Part shown: positions 35,563 to 45,994 of the stretch, in pieces
How the letters are laid out: the number at the start of each line of letters is the position of its first letter
Position numbering within the stretch: the stretch's first letter is position 1
IMG/VR virus record: IMGVR_UViG_3300050015_000276
Location: 115,688 to 179,687 of that record
From: a virus
Strand: one strand, 5' to 3'
Length of the DNA: 64,000 nucleotides
Translations under genes and position numbers: made by a program
The notes under the pieces: model-generated
Databases searched by the model: none
Seen by the model: only the letters and a program-made list of their open reading frames with translations
What the model was told of the DNA's origin: nothing

Positions 35563-36230
35563 GTGAAAAAATTGTTGAATTGACTGGCGAAGAATTATTT
35601 CAAGATCAATTAAGTGGACATGACAATAATTACAAAAAAGGTACCTACATGGTTACTTATACTGGAAAAGAATTCTATCCATTAGATCCGAATCCAGGTG
35701 ATATTGATATTAAAGATATTGCACACGCGTTGTCCAATTGTTGCCGTTTTACAGGACATGTAAAGAATTTTTATTCGGTAGCACAACATAGTGTAATGGT
35801 TAGTGAATTGTGCGAACCTGAAAATGCTCTTGCGGGTTTATTGCATGATGCATCGGAGGCGTATCTAAGTGATGTTGCCAGACCGGTAAAGTATACTGAA
35901 CAAATGGAAGGATATCGGGCAATTGAACATCATTTAGAGGAAGTTATTTTTGCCAAATTTGGCCTCCCATTCCCGATGACTAAAGATATTAAGTTGGCTG
36001 ATGATATGGCATTACTTGCAGAAGGGTATTATTTATTTAATCCTATTCCATCCTGGATCAAACGTAGATTGGTAGACAATAATTTGGAGAAACCAGTTGT
36101 AGATTTCCTTCATTGTTGGCCGCCAGCAATTGCTAAAGCAATGTTTATGAAAAGATTTATCCTGTTATCTCTGGGAATTAATACTGAAGCAACACAAGAG
36201 GAAATAAATGCCGCGACCAAAGAAAATTAA
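35559..36230 (+). CDS. HD-domain 5'-deoxynucleotidase-like hydrolase (YfbR/YfdR-like)
   Basis: DIAHALS..CRF.GH...YSVAQHS...LLHDASEAYL.D...PVK. Confidence 0.88.
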   Translation: MSEKIVELTGEELFQDQLSGHDNNYKKGTYMVTYTGKEFYPLDPNPGDIDIKDIAHALSNCCRFTGHVKNFYSVAQHSVMVSELCEPENALAGLLHDASEAYLSDVARPVKYTEQMEGYRAIEHHLEEVIFAKFGLPFPMTKDIKLADDMALLAEGYYLFNPIPSWIKRRLVDNNLEKPVVDFLHCWPPAIAKAMFMKRFILLSLGINTEATQEEINAATKEN

Positions 36231-37359
36231 AGAAAAAAAGACTAGGGTTTCAACCAAGGCACCGCGTGAAGTAAAGAAGGTAAAGTATTCTGAAAATAGT
36301 TTATTTTTCAATACTCTAGTAAAAGAAACCGGAAATGATTTAGCGCAGGCCGCATCACAAGGAATTATTGCTGGAGATATTAAATCTTGGATTGATACTG
36401 GGGTTTATTTATTAAATGCACAATTATCTGGTTCTCTCTATGGCGGATGTCCAGATAATAAAATTGTTGTATTTGCCGGTCCAGAAGCAACTGGTAAAAC
36501 ATTTTTTGTTTTGAGTATTGTAAAACATTATTTGGAAAGTAATCCTAAAGCTGGTGTTTTTTATTTTGAAAGTGAATCAGCTATTGATAAGCGAATGTTG
36601 GAACAACGAGGAATAGATATTTCGCGGGTGTTTGTTGTTCCAGTATCTACCGTTCAAGAATGGCGAACACAAACATTAAAGGTTCTTAAAGGATATTCTG
36701 AAATACCTGAAAATAAAAGACAACCATTGATGTTTGTTTTAGATTCTCTTGGTATGTTGTCGACCACCAAAGAAATGGAAGATTCGGAATCTGGTTCGGA
36801 AAAAGCTGATATGACACGAGCCCGATTAATTAAAGCCGCATTTAGAACTATAACTTTAAAATTAGGTAAATTGGGTGTTCCACTTCTAGTTACAAATCAC
36901 ACATATGATGAAATGGGGAAGATGTTTTCTACCAGAAAACAATCTGGAGGAAGCGGTATACTCTATTCAAATTCAATGACGGTTTTTCTTTCTAAAGCAA
37001 AAGATAAAGATGGTGATGATGTTATTGGGTCCTTAATTTCAAGTACTTTAAAGAAGGGTAGAATTACTAAAGAAAATACTTTGATTAAAGTAAAATTAAA
37101 TTATGCTTCTGGATTAGATAAATATTTCGGTTTATTGGATTTGGCCAGTGATAATGCTTTAATTAAAAAATTAGATAGGAAATATGAATTTCCTGATGGA
37201 AAAAAAGAATTTGAAAAAAAGATTTATGAAAATCCTTTATTATATTTTACACCTGAGTTTATGGAAAAATTAGAAGTGTTGGCAAAAAAGACATTTTTAT
37301 ATGGGGAGGTAATTGAAGAGAATGGAGATGATACTTTTTTGGAAAAAGAAATTCTTTAA
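36208..37359 (+). CDS. uvsX: RecA-like recombinase UvsX
   Basis: DTG.Y.LN..LSGS.YGG, AGPEATGKT, DSLGMLST.KE, TNHTY, SGGSG. Confidence 0.95.
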   Translation: MPRPKKIKEKKTRVSTKAPREVKKVKYSENSLFFNTLVKETGNDLAQAASQGIIAGDIKSWIDTGVYLLNAQLSGSLYGGCPDNKIVVFAGPEATGKTFFVLSIVKHYLESNPKAGVFYFESESAIDKRMLEQRGIDISRVFVVPVSTVQEWRTQTLKVLKGYSEIPENKRQPLMFVLDSLGMLSTTKEMEDSESGSEKADMTRARLIKAAFRTITLKLGKLGVPLLVTNHTYDEMGKMFSTRKQSGGSGILYSNSMTVFLSKAKDKDGDDVIGSLISSTLKKGRITKENTLIKVKLNYASGLDKYFGLLDLASDNALIKKLDRKYEFPDGKKEFEKKIYENPLLYFTPEFMEKLEVLAKKTFLYGEVIEENGDDTFLEKEIL

Positions 37360-38023
37360 TTACATATACGTTGATTTGAGAAAACCAGGACACTATTCTT
37401 ATGAAGGACTTAATATCTCTTTTCTTTATGAGCCTTTTTATGTTGGAAAAGGAAAAGATAAAAGATGGAAATCCAAACACCGAAATCCTTATGTTAAAAA
37501 TATAGTGAATATTTTAGGTGATCCTATAAATTTCACCATATTAATTAATATTTGCACTGATGAAAAATTTGTATTATTTGAAGAAATTCGTATTATTTCT
37601 TTAATTGGAAAGAGTTCTAATGGCGGTCCTTTAAGAAATTTTACTGATGGAGGAGAAGGTACCTCAGGACACGTACAAAGTGAAGAACATCGGCAGAAAA
37701 ATCGAAAATCTCATTTAGGACGAAAACATACAAAAGAATCTAAAAAATTAATTGGAAATTCTTCAAGAGGAGAAAAACATTATAGATTTGGAAAACATTG
37801 CTCTCAAGAAATTATTAATAGAATAAAAGAAACCAAATCAAAACGTATTTATCAGATATCATTTCCTTCTGGAGAAATTAAAATAATTAAAAATCTTAAT
37901 GAATTTTGTAAAGAAAATAATTTAAATCATAGTAATATGTACCAAGTATTGAAAGGAAAGGTATGTCACTGTAAAGGATACAAAGTGAAATATTATGATC
38001 CAGAATCAACAGATACCGACTAA
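37328..38023 (+). mobile_element. GIY-YIG-like homing endonuclease with NUMOD3 repeats
   Basis: YIYVDLR.P...FYVGKG...RW...N.TDGGEG; AT-rich; start codon uncertain (37313-37328). Confidence 0.8.
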
Positions 38024-38354
38024 TATTCTTCCAGAAGGATACTATAAAAGAGATCCAATGAATCCGTACCTGATAAGTCTCCAAATGGGGCCTTATCAGG
38101 GATTAGTTCTCCAAATTTGTGAAGACATTAAGATCATTACGGATCGCTTGACAAATACCCCACAACTTTGCTATAATTATAGAATACTTCAGTACAGTGA
38201 TAAAGAACCCCTCGAGTGTGAATCATCTAAATCTCTTTCACGCATCATTGGCGCTATTGCTGTGGAATTACTTTCCGAAGAAATATTAAATGATGGAGTT
38301 TTAGAACCGATTTCAAAAAATGCCAGAAAACAAAATAGAGACGGTAATTCTTAA
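37995..38354 (+). CDS. Hypothetical protein (in the position of T4 gp40)
   Basis: Located between uvsX and gene 41; function inferred from synteny only. Confidence 0.55.
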   Translation: MIQNQQIPTNILPEGYYKRDPMNPYLISLQMGPYQGLVLQICEDIKIITDRLTNTPQLCYNYRILQYSDKEPLECESSKSLSRIIGAIAVELLSEEILNDGVLEPISKNARKQNRDGNS

Positions 38355-39771
38355 AAATCTATTTCACAATGATGAATATACTAGAAAAGTAATTCCGTAT
38401 CTTCGGGAGGATTATTTCCGGGATGAAGAAAGGATTATTTTTCGACATGCCAATTCCTTTATAACTGAGTACAATAAACTACCAACAGTTTCTTCTATTG
38501 CTATTTCTGTGGATGGTGATAAAAAAATCAGTGAAGATGATTATAAAGAGGTTCTCCAAGTACTTGAACATTTGGAAACCAATGAAGTTGTCGATGATAC
38601 CTGGCTGATTGATAAAACAGAACAATTTTGTAAAGACAAGGCTCTGGCTAACGCAGCTTTTAAGGCTGTTGGTATTCTCGAAGGCAATGATAAAAAACTT
38701 GATAGTGGTGCCATTCCTGGTATATTTGAGGATGCGTTGGCCATATCTTTCGATTCCTCTATTGGACATGATTATTTTACGGATGCTGAAGCCAGATATG
38801 ATAAGATCCACTCTAGTGAATATAAGATGCCATTCGACATCGATATTTGTAACAAGGTAACTAAGGGTGGAGTTGGAGCAAAGAAATTACATATTTTAGC
38901 CGGTGGTGTGTATGTTGGAAAGACTTTAGGATTATGTCATTTTGCCAAGTCCTATATGTGTGCTGGAAAGAATGTTCTGTACATCACATTAGAAATTAGT
39001 GAAGAGGATATTAACACTAGAATAGATTGTAATCTTTTGAATTTGTCTATTGATGAAGTGGATAATATTCCAAAAGAAGTATTCATGGCCCGCGTAGAAA
39101 AGGCAAGGGCTGCAACACCTGGCAAATTGAAGACGAAAGAATATCCCCAAGGTTCGGTTCATGTAAATAATTTCCGAGCATTGATACATGAATTGAAACT
39201 GAAGAGTAATTTTATTCCGGATGTAATTATAGTTGATTATCTTGGATTAATGTTATCGTGTAGAGTTAAATCGAGTGAGCCAACACATATTACAATGCCA
39301 GCTATTGCCGAAGAGTTGCGTGGTTTGGCACAAGAGTTAGGTATTCCTGTTTGGACGGCCACTCAATTGAATGCTGAAGGTATGCAGAGTTCTGATCCGG
39401 GTATGACTGATACTGCTGGGTCAAAAGTCGGGTTGGCAGCAACATGTGATATTCTTTGGATGTTGGTGAGTAGTGAGAAGTTGCGAGAGTTAGGTCAGAT
39501 TATGATTATACAACATAAGAATAGGTACAAGGATGCGGCAGACCATAAAAAGTTTTATGTTGGATTGGATCGTAAAAAATTCAGATGGCACTCCGTAGAG
39601 CAAAAGGGACAGACTGCGCCGGCCGAAGAATCTGAAGAAGATGGTGAAGCGGCTATTAAAAGAGAAGTGACAAAGAAATATGGTACGGCCGCATATGAAT
39701 CTGGATATAAAAATACTCGGCAAGCAAGAGCATTCGGGCCTCGGCCGGGGTTTGCTGATTTGAAGGTATAA
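38320..39771 (+). CDS. 41: Replicative DnaB-like helicase (T4 gp41)
   Basis: IE..IL.NL..N.EY.RKV.P, GHDY, AGG..VGKT, NVLYITLE, VDYL, WTATQ, KNRY. Confidence 0.95.
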   Translation: MPENKIETVILKNLFHNDEYTRKVIPYLREDYFRDEERIIFRHANSFITEYNKLPTVSSIAISVDGDKKISEDDYKEVLQVLEHLETNEVVDDTWLIDKTEQFCKDKALANAAFKAVGILEGNDKKLDSGAIPGIFEDALAISFDSSIGHDYFTDAEARYDKIHSSEYKMPFDIDICNKVTKGGVGAKKLHILAGGVYVGKTLGLCHFAKSYMCAGKNVLYITLEISEEDINTRIDCNLLNLSIDEVDNIPKEVFMARVEKARAATPGKLKTKEYPQGSVHVNNFRALIHELKLKSNFIPDVIIVDYLGLMLSCRVKSSEPTHITMPAIAEELRGLAQELGIPVWTATQLNAEGMQSSDPGMTDTAGSKVGLAATCDILWMLVSSEKLRELGQIMIIQHKNRYKDAADHKKFYVGLDRKKFRWHSVEQKGQTAPAEESEEDGEAAIKREVTKKYGTAAYESGYKNTRQARAFGPRPGFADLKV

Positions 39772-39779
39772 GTATCGAT

Positions 39780-40904
39780 ATGCAAGAAATAACACTTCCA
39801 ATTCTTAAGTCTATCCTTTTGAGTTTTGGTTATAATCACGTACAGACTCTTCCATTAGGAAGTCCTAATCCTAAAACCCTTCATATTGTATTAAAAACGA
39901 GTGACATTAGTTGGAGAGCACCGATATTAAAACATTTGAATGAGTTGTCAAGTGTTTTTGGTGAGCCAAAATTTGGTAATTCAAATTCCAAAGCTCACAA
40001 TAGAGATTTTGATTATATTGAAATTGGAAAATATAAAATCTTTGCTTCTTTAAAAGAAAAGAAAATAATTAAAATACAACCAGGTAAAGCCAATGAGTTG
40101 GTATTATATAATACCATTAAAGAATACTTGAAACAATATTCCGTAATCAATATTAAATTTCAAACTTCTGGTAAATTCTTTTATATTGCTAACGTTAATA
40201 AAGTTGAACATGTGGCCCATGATATTTCCAAAAGAAAGAAATCTGATATTAATTTGTTTGGAGCATTCTTTGGTTCATATTCACTATCAGTAAAAGAACC
40301 AAAGTTTGCTGCGTGGGAAGCTGTAGAAACTTATTGGAATGAAAAAAGAAATGTTCTCGATTATACATTGGATAATTTTTCAAATAAAGTAATACTAAAG
40401 AAAGTTGACAGTGAATATACTTTGAATCCGGCAATTGCCATTAAATGCACAAATGACGAGGCGAGAGATGTAATTTTCGGTTCTGATATTCTTGGTAAGG
40501 GTTTGGTTATTTCACAGAAATGGAAATCTGGGCATTTTGATTGGTATGAAAATTCAAAAACACTCATATTAGATTGTGAAAACATTATACATACCATGAG
40601 TGATGTTGATAGAAAGTTGTGGCCATATTTTCAATTAAGAAATCATAAAGGACATAAATCTATATTTCTTCCGGGCATAGCAGCAAATGCCATTCCCTTT
40701 GTTAATGTGTCTTCTACGGATTTAGTAGTTCTGGATGTAGATGTTGCTAAAAATTATCAAAGGGAAAATTATTTTGAATTAAAAGCATCATTAACACCAT
40801 TAAATTTCCAAAATATTGAAAAGACTTTAAAGGAAGAGAAGATTAAATATATTGTTGTTCCTAATTCTAATTTATTAGATATTTGGATAGCTAAAAATTT
40901 ATGA
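39780..40904 (+). CDS. Putative PD-(D/E)xK restriction-endonuclease-like protein
   Basis: KKSDI...SLSVK...AAWE pattern. Confidence 0.5.
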   Translation: MQEITLPILKSILLSFGYNHVQTLPLGSPNPKTLHIVLKTSDISWRAPILKHLNELSSVFGEPKFGNSNSKAHNRDFDYIEIGKYKIFASLKEKKIIKIQPGKANELVLYNTIKEYLKQYSVINIKFQTSGKFFYIANVNKVEHVAHDISKRKKSDINLFGAFFGSYSLSVKEPKFAAWEAVETYWNEKRNVLDYTLDNFSNKVILKKVDSEYTLNPAIAIKCTNDEARDVIFGSDILGKGLVISQKWKSGHFDWYENSKTLILDCENIIHTMSDVDRKLWPYFQLRNHKGHKSIFLPGIAANAIPFVNVSSTDLVVLDVDVAKNYQRENYFELKASLTPLNFQNIEKTLKEEKIKYIVVPNSNLLDIWIAKNL

Positions 40905-41524
40905 TAAAGGAATTTAATAATATCCCAGTTCCAAAATCTCTTATTATTAAATTGAAAAATTTAGGTGTAGAGTTAAGAGAAGGGGAAGTTACTAAAGCTA
41001 CATTTAATGTTTCGCATATTGAATTTTTAGATGAGATATTTTCAGCATTAAAAATTGTTAAACGTAAAGGTTTTCCTATTCCGGGAATTATAGTTCCGTG
41101 GGATGTTGTTGAAAAAGGTGCCGCAGGTTGGCATCCCGCAAATCACAATAGAGGCACGTTAGGGGTTGGAGTTAAAGGAGAATATAAACCTATTTATAGC
41201 GGTTATGCAGTTAATCCTAGTATACCAGGAATTATATTTCATGAATGTGGTCATCTATACCATTTCACATACAACAAATGCATTTTTAATGGTTATGATG
41301 GTTATACCAATAAAAAATTAATATCTGAACAAAATTTAAATCAATTTGATGTTACAATGAAAGATATTGAACTAAATGTTAGTAGTTATGCTTTAGAAAA
41401 TATTAGGGAATTTGTGGCAGAAGTTTTTTGTGGTGTTATTAGTGGAAATAAATACCCTAAAAATATTATGAAGGTTTTTCATAATTATGCTTATGAAAAT
41501 TGGAATTCAGGTTATAAAATATAA
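40901..41524 (+). CDS. Putative zinc metalloprotease-like protein
   Basis: HECGH (HExxH) with distal S.YA..N..EFVAE.F. Confidence 0.6.
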   Translation: MIKEFNNIPVPKSLIIKLKNLGVELREGEVTKATFNVSHIEFLDEIFSALKIVKRKGFPIPGIIVPWDVVEKGAAGWHPANHNRGTLGVGVKGEYKPIYSGYAVNPSIPGIIFHECGHLYHFTYNKCIFNGYDGYTNKKLISEQNLNQFDVTMKDIELNVSSYALENIREFVAEVFCGVISGNKYPKNIMKVFHNYAYENWNSGYKI

Positions 41525-41525
41525 A

Positions 41526-41933
41526 ATGAGACACGACCGGCACATGAATACTGTTTTTCAAATAGCCATTGAAGTTCCGAAGTGTTCTGACCAGAAAGTG
41601 GCAGCTATTATTGTTTCCAAAAATAACGTGGTGAGTGTTGGATTTAATCAAGATAAATCACACCCTATGGTAGCATACTACCAATATAATGATTGGTGTG
41701 AAAATCTCCACGCCGAGGCAAGTGCCATTATTAATGCACTAAGACAAATTGGTCGCCGGCGACTGGCTAAGTGTGACATGTATGTGTGTAGAGCAAAAGT
41801 GGTAGATGGAAAATATCAGTGGGGATTTTCCAAACCCTGCAAAAATTGTCAGAATTTTTTGAAATCGTATCCTGTTCGGAATGTATACTATTCGAGTGAG
41901 GTGACCGGCGTATATGAAAAAATTGTCTGTTGA
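41526..41933 (+). CDS. CMP/dCMP-type zinc-dependent deaminase
   Basis: HAE...PCKNC (HxE...PCxxC). Confidence 0.85.
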   Translation: MRHDRHMNTVFQIAIEVPKCSDQKVAAIIVSKNNVVSVGFNQDKSHPMVAYYQYNDWCENLHAEASAIINALRQIGRRRLAKCDMYVCRAKVVDGKYQWGFSKPCKNCQNFLKSYPVRNVYYSSEVTGVYEKIVC

Positions 41934-42456
41934 AGATTTTGTTGGAAAGATGTATAATATTCCATACAATAAAAAATTTGAAAAGGCTACAGAGTCTTTT
42001 TTATTAACCCATGGGGCAAAAATTATCCGGGAGCCTAATGGGGGTCAGACTTTCCCGGATTTTCGAGTTACTATACCATTAGAAAATTCTATATATTGTT
42101 TTGATTTGGAAGAAAAAACTTCCAAAGAATCATCTGGTAAACCCAATTATAATGCCCATTATCCAAACCCCGAAGATTTCTTCATTTATATAAATTCCAG
42201 TTTTTCTGTTCCCTTCCTCGGAAAACATTTACCTTTGGCGTCATCTCAAGAAAAAAAGAAAATTAGGCAATTTTTCGATGATGTCCAAGTCCGTTTTGAT
42301 AAGTTTGCCGATTCTTGTAAAGGATTTCTTGTTCCTCGAATGCGAGTTCAATTCACACCTAAGAGAAAATGCCCAATAGATTATAAAGGAATATTTTCTG
42401 ATCCAAAAGTGTTCGATGATATTTGTGAACATATTCGTCAAAAGAAGATTGACTAA
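41914..42456 (+). CDS. Putative type II restriction-endonuclease-like protein
   Basis: PNGGQTFPDF...D.E.KTS (PD...E/D-x-K). Confidence 0.6.
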   Translation: MKKLSVEDFVGKMYNIPYNKKFEKATESFLLTHGAKIIREPNGGQTFPDFRVTIPLENSIYCFDLEEKTSKESSGKPNYNAHYPNPEDFFIYINSSFSVPFLGKHLPLASSQEKKKIRQFFDDVQVRFDKFADSCKGFLVPRMRVQFTPKRKCPIDYKGIFSDPKVFDDICEHIRQKKID

Positions 42457-42477
42457 CCGTATATAATATGTTATAGT
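42449..42477 (+). promoter_or_regulatory. sigma70-like early promoter
   Basis: TTGACT-17nt-TATAGT. Confidence 0.6.
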
Positions 42478-42484
42478 TGGGTAT

Positions 42485-43621
42485 ATGAAGAATTGTCACC
42501 TTTCTCACGTAGAAGACCTAATGGTTATTGAAGCTGATGCTAATGCTCCTTTGAAATATTTGGAGGAGATGTTTCAGACTCTTATGTTTAATAAGTCTGG
42601 GAATTCTCAATTATCAGTTAAATGGGATGGTTCTCCTGCATTCGTTTGCGGGGAACACCCAGAAGATGGTGAATTCTTTGTTGGAACTAAAAGTGCCTTT
42701 ACTGGTAAAGCTTGTAGAACAAAAGAAGAGATCGATAAGTTTTATGGCGACCAACCTGAATTGGTTGCTAAATTAAAAAGTTTATTCCAACATCTTCGTC
42801 CGTATAATTGGAAAGGTGTTACTCAAGGTGATCTTTTATGGACCGAAGATTCTAAAGTTTTTGATTATAATGGATTTTGGTTTCAACCAAATTGTTTGAA
42901 ATATCATTTTCCATTTCGTGCAGGACTAGAAGTTGGTGTGGTTTTACATACCACATATACTGGGAAAACTTTTAAAGATATGGAAGCACAATTTTGTGCA
43001 AGCATTCCGTCTTCTTATTGGATGGGATCTGCTGATACTTTTATTTTTGAACCCAATTTGGTTGTCCTTGAACCTTTGGATGAAAAGGATATTCTGGATA
43101 CATTAATAAGATCACTTACTGAATTGGAAAAAAGGGCAGTAATAATTAATAGAACTCCAGAAATTTTGAAAGTACTTAGAGAACCTAAGGCTCTTACTCT
43201 CTTTCTTCGTTTTGTTAATTTTCAGATTAAAAATCCACAACAATTTAATTTTGGTGCTAATGAATTTATAGAATTTATTGAGGAAGAATATACCAAACAT
43301 ATTAATAGTTTAAAAACGGCAAAAGGTAAAAAAAGATTGAAAACTGAAAGGTCTGACTTTTTGTATTCAATTGGAGATGATAATTTATGGCAACTTTTTT
43401 CTTTTTATCGATATGTTGTATATGTCAAGGAAACGATGGTTGGTTGGCTTGACAGAAAATTTTCTGAGAATATTGATTATGGATGGAAAATTACACTACC
43501 AGATAATACACCTTGTGGACATGAAGGTTATGTTTTATCGATAGATAATAAGCCAGTAAAGTTTGTGAATCGTTCTACATTTTCAAAAGCAAATTTTGAT
43601 TTGCAAAGGAGTTGGAAATGA
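42485..43621 (+). CDS. Conserved T4-like phage protein (ligase/nucleotidyltransferase-like motifs)
   Basis: KN.HL.H.ED, SVKWDGSPA, FFVGTKS, QGDLLW, HEGYV...KFVNR..FS..NF. Confidence 0.75.
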   Translation: MKNCHLSHVEDLMVIEADANAPLKYLEEMFQTLMFNKSGNSQLSVKWDGSPAFVCGEHPEDGEFFVGTKSAFTGKACRTKEEIDKFYGDQPELVAKLKSLFQHLRPYNWKGVTQGDLLWTEDSKVFDYNGFWFQPNCLKYHFPFRAGLEVGVVLHTTYTGKTFKDMEAQFCASIPSSYWMGSADTFIFEPNLVVLEPLDEKDILDTLIRSLTELEKRAVIINRTPEILKVLREPKALTLFLRFVNFQIKNPQQFNFGANEFIEFIEEEYTKHINSLKTAKGKKRLKTERSDFLYSIGDDNLWQLFSFYRYVVYVKETMVGWLDRKFSENIDYGWKITLPDNTPCGHEGYVLSIDNKPVKFVNRSTFSKANFDLQRSWK

Positions 43622-44205
43622 TAGTAGAAACTGCTGTTATGATTTTCGGTAGATTTCAACCTCCAACAAAAGCGCATATTGAATTGTTTGATAGATTTTT
43701 GGAAGTGGCATATCAATCTAAGGAACCAGTACATGGACAAATTTTCATATCTCCGGCATTTGATAATAAACGTAATCCACTTTCTCTTTCTGCACGTTAT
43801 GATTTTCTCAGTAAATTATATCCTCATATTAATTTTTTGGCTGATCCTGAAATTAAAAATCCTTTTCAGGCGGTTCATTATTTGGGTGGATTAGGAATAC
43901 ATAAAGTTATTTTGATTGCTGGCACAGATCAGGCGCCAAGACTTCGCCAACAACTGACTAAATATATACATAATCCTAATCCAGAACTTACTTTTTTGAA
44001 TATTGAAGAAATAAAAGTCATTGAATTTGGCAGACGTGATCCAGATTCAAAGGATTTTATTGAATCTTGTAGTGCCACAAAAGCAAGACAGGCTGTAAAA
44101 GATGGCCAATTTAGTCTGTTTTGTGAAATTATACCAGAGTGCAGTCTATTTGACCAAACCTGGCTTTATGATGAAATTAGCAAAGGATTAGGAATCTCTA
44201 AATAG
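43618..44205 (+). CDS. Cytidylyltransferase/PPAT-like (HxGH) nucleotidyltransferase
   Basis: FGRFQPPTKAH, NPL, AGTD, SATKAR. Confidence 0.85.
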   Translation: MIVETAVMIFGRFQPPTKAHIELFDRFLEVAYQSKEPVHGQIFISPAFDNKRNPLSLSARYDFLSKLYPHINFLADPEIKNPFQAVHYLGGLGIHKVILIAGTDQAPRLRQQLTKYIHNPNPELTFLNIEEIKVIEFGRRDPDSKDFIESCSATKARQAVKDGQFSLFCEIIPECSLFDQTWLYDEISKGLGISK

Positions 44206-44222
44206 TAGTTAAGGAGAGATTC

Positions 44223-45281
44223 ATGCCAGGATTAGTACGCGATTTAAACTTTGGTGATCGGACCCAAAATGAAGAAATAGTACAAGAAAATATTCATTCT
44301 TATCTTCCATTTATTATGTATTGTGAATCCAAAGAAGTAGAGAAAAGAAAACAATATTTTTCCGAACACTTTGACCTTGCGGAAGCTTTTGGACCAAATA
44401 GTGGATGTGAAGAATGTTCTGGTACCGGTTGGGTGCCTGTCAGCAATTCTTATATGTCAAACCCATATAGGTCATTATGGATACAAGCTGAATTGGATTC
44501 TCCTGCTGAGGATGGATATCACCTTGTGCCGTGTTGCAAATGTTCTCCAATTCAAACCGGTCTTTCAGAACATATAGTCCGTAAAGGTTCTGATTTCGAA
44601 TTGAAATCTAAAAAGTCTGGAAAGAATTTAGGTACTTATAAGTCTAAATCCGGCGCCCAAAAGCGCGAGGGACAAGTAGAGTATTTTAAATCAATTAAAG
44701 AAACTAAAGAGGCTGCACCTCAATGGTCTCCAGATAAAACTCCAGACACACGTCCTTTGCCATGGAGACTTCATGAAGATGAAATCCTTCCTGGTAATCC
44801 ATCCAAAAAAGATTCTGTTACAGAAGATATCCTTCCAAGCGAACACAATAAAAAGCAAAGTCAGGATAAGAAAGACAAAAAGAAAGCATCTGAAACAAAG
44901 TCTGATCCCAATGAATCTCCAGAAGACAAGAAGGAAAAGTCGAAAGAGAAACGTGCTGAAAAAGAACGGGATCGTAAATCTAAGAAATTACTGCCATACG
45001 AGTTTACAGACCAAAAAGATGCCGAACGCGCCGGCGGCCACTTAGGTATACCTGGGGCCCATGCTTCTGGAAATGGCATATATAAACCAGGTTCATCTGA
45101 TTACTCTTTGCGTGATGCTGTAGCACGTAAAAAGGCCAAACAAAAGATGCGTGGTAAATTTCATGAAGAGACGGATTCTACTATTCCTTATCCTATGGAT
45201 AAAGGAAATTGCCACGAATCTTCGACTCTTCAGAAAATCAAGGAATGTGTAAATTGGAATCGAAATGAAAACGCTGGGTAA
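44223..45281 (+). CDS. Multi-module hypothetical protein
   Basis: CxxC.G.G Zn motif, KSKKSGKNLGTY...REGQVEYFK module, charged low-complexity region. Confidence 0.7.
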   Translation: MPGLVRDLNFGDRTQNEEIVQENIHSYLPFIMYCESKEVEKRKQYFSEHFDLAEAFGPNSGCEECSGTGWVPVSNSYMSNPYRSLWIQAELDSPAEDGYHLVPCCKCSPIQTGLSEHIVRKGSDFELKSKKSGKNLGTYKSKSGAQKREGQVEYFKSIKETKEAAPQWSPDKTPDTRPLPWRLHEDEILPGNPSKKDSVTEDILPSEHNKKQSQDKKDKKKASETKSDPNESPEDKKEKSKEKRAEKERDRKSKKLLPYEFTDQKDAERAGGHLGIPGAHASGNGIYKPGSSDYSLRDAVARKKAKQKMRGKFHEETDSTIPYPMDKGNCHESSTLQKIKECVNWNRNENAG

Positions 45282-45726
45282 AATCCGTGAGTTAATTTTA
45301 GAATCTGTAGATATTTTGGTGCCTAAGGGTCTCTTGTCTATTCCTAGGCACCACATGCCTCAGATTGAAAAGAAGAACTATCCAGAATATTTCGATCTGT
45401 TGAGTCTTCGCGGAATTAAAGTTACACGTATGCACCTGCCGGCCAATAAACTTCGGGTTGCTCAAGAAGATATTGATTTGGAAAAAGTCTTTAAGTGGTC
45501 TCGGTCGATGCCTAAAGGTGCACAAGAAAAGCCTTGTATAGTATCCAGAGATCTATATGTTATGGATGGGAATCATTCCTTCCTGGCGATCTATAATAGA
45601 AGCAAGAATGTCAAAGTAGATTGTTATGTTGTGGATTTAGAGATCCAGGAACTTATAAATATTTCTAGGTTTTTCAATAAGGTCACATATAAGACTGTTA
45701 AAGAGGAATTAAATGGAATTTTCTGA
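45265..45726 (+). CDS. ParB/Srx-like domain protein
   Basis: PRHHMPQI...IVSRDLYVMDGNH. Confidence 0.65.
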   Translation: MKTLGKIRELILESVDILVPKGLLSIPRHHMPQIEKKNYPEYFDLLSLRGIKVTRMHLPANKLRVAQEDIDLEKVFKWSRSMPKGAQEKPCIVSRDLYVMDGNHSFLAIYNRSKNVKVDCYVVDLEIQELINISRFFNKVTYKTVKEELNGIF

Positions 45727-45982
45727 AGTACCAGAATCTCTAATATTAAAAATCAACCGAATCTTAAATGAATCGGAAGCACCAGAAGTAATTACACCAG
45801 GCCAGAAAGCCTGGAAAACCGCGATTCTGGAGAAATCGGAACGCGAACAAGGTAAAGAAGTCCTTAAAGAAAAGGACGACAAAGAAGAAGTCGAAGAGGC
45901 CAAGGGTGAAAAGATTACTTTTAATCCTTCTATAGAACCAGATAAAATGGCCCAGCCCGACAAAAATCAAAAAACAGTTTAA
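45713..45982 (+). CDS. Hypothetical protein
   Basis: Charged ORF in operon. Confidence 0.55.
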   Translation: MEFSEVPESLILKINRILNESEAPEVITPGQKAWKTAILEKSEREQGKEVLKEKDDKEEVEEAKGEKITFNPSIEPDKMAQPDKNQKTV

Positions 45983-45994
45983 AGGAGAAATACT

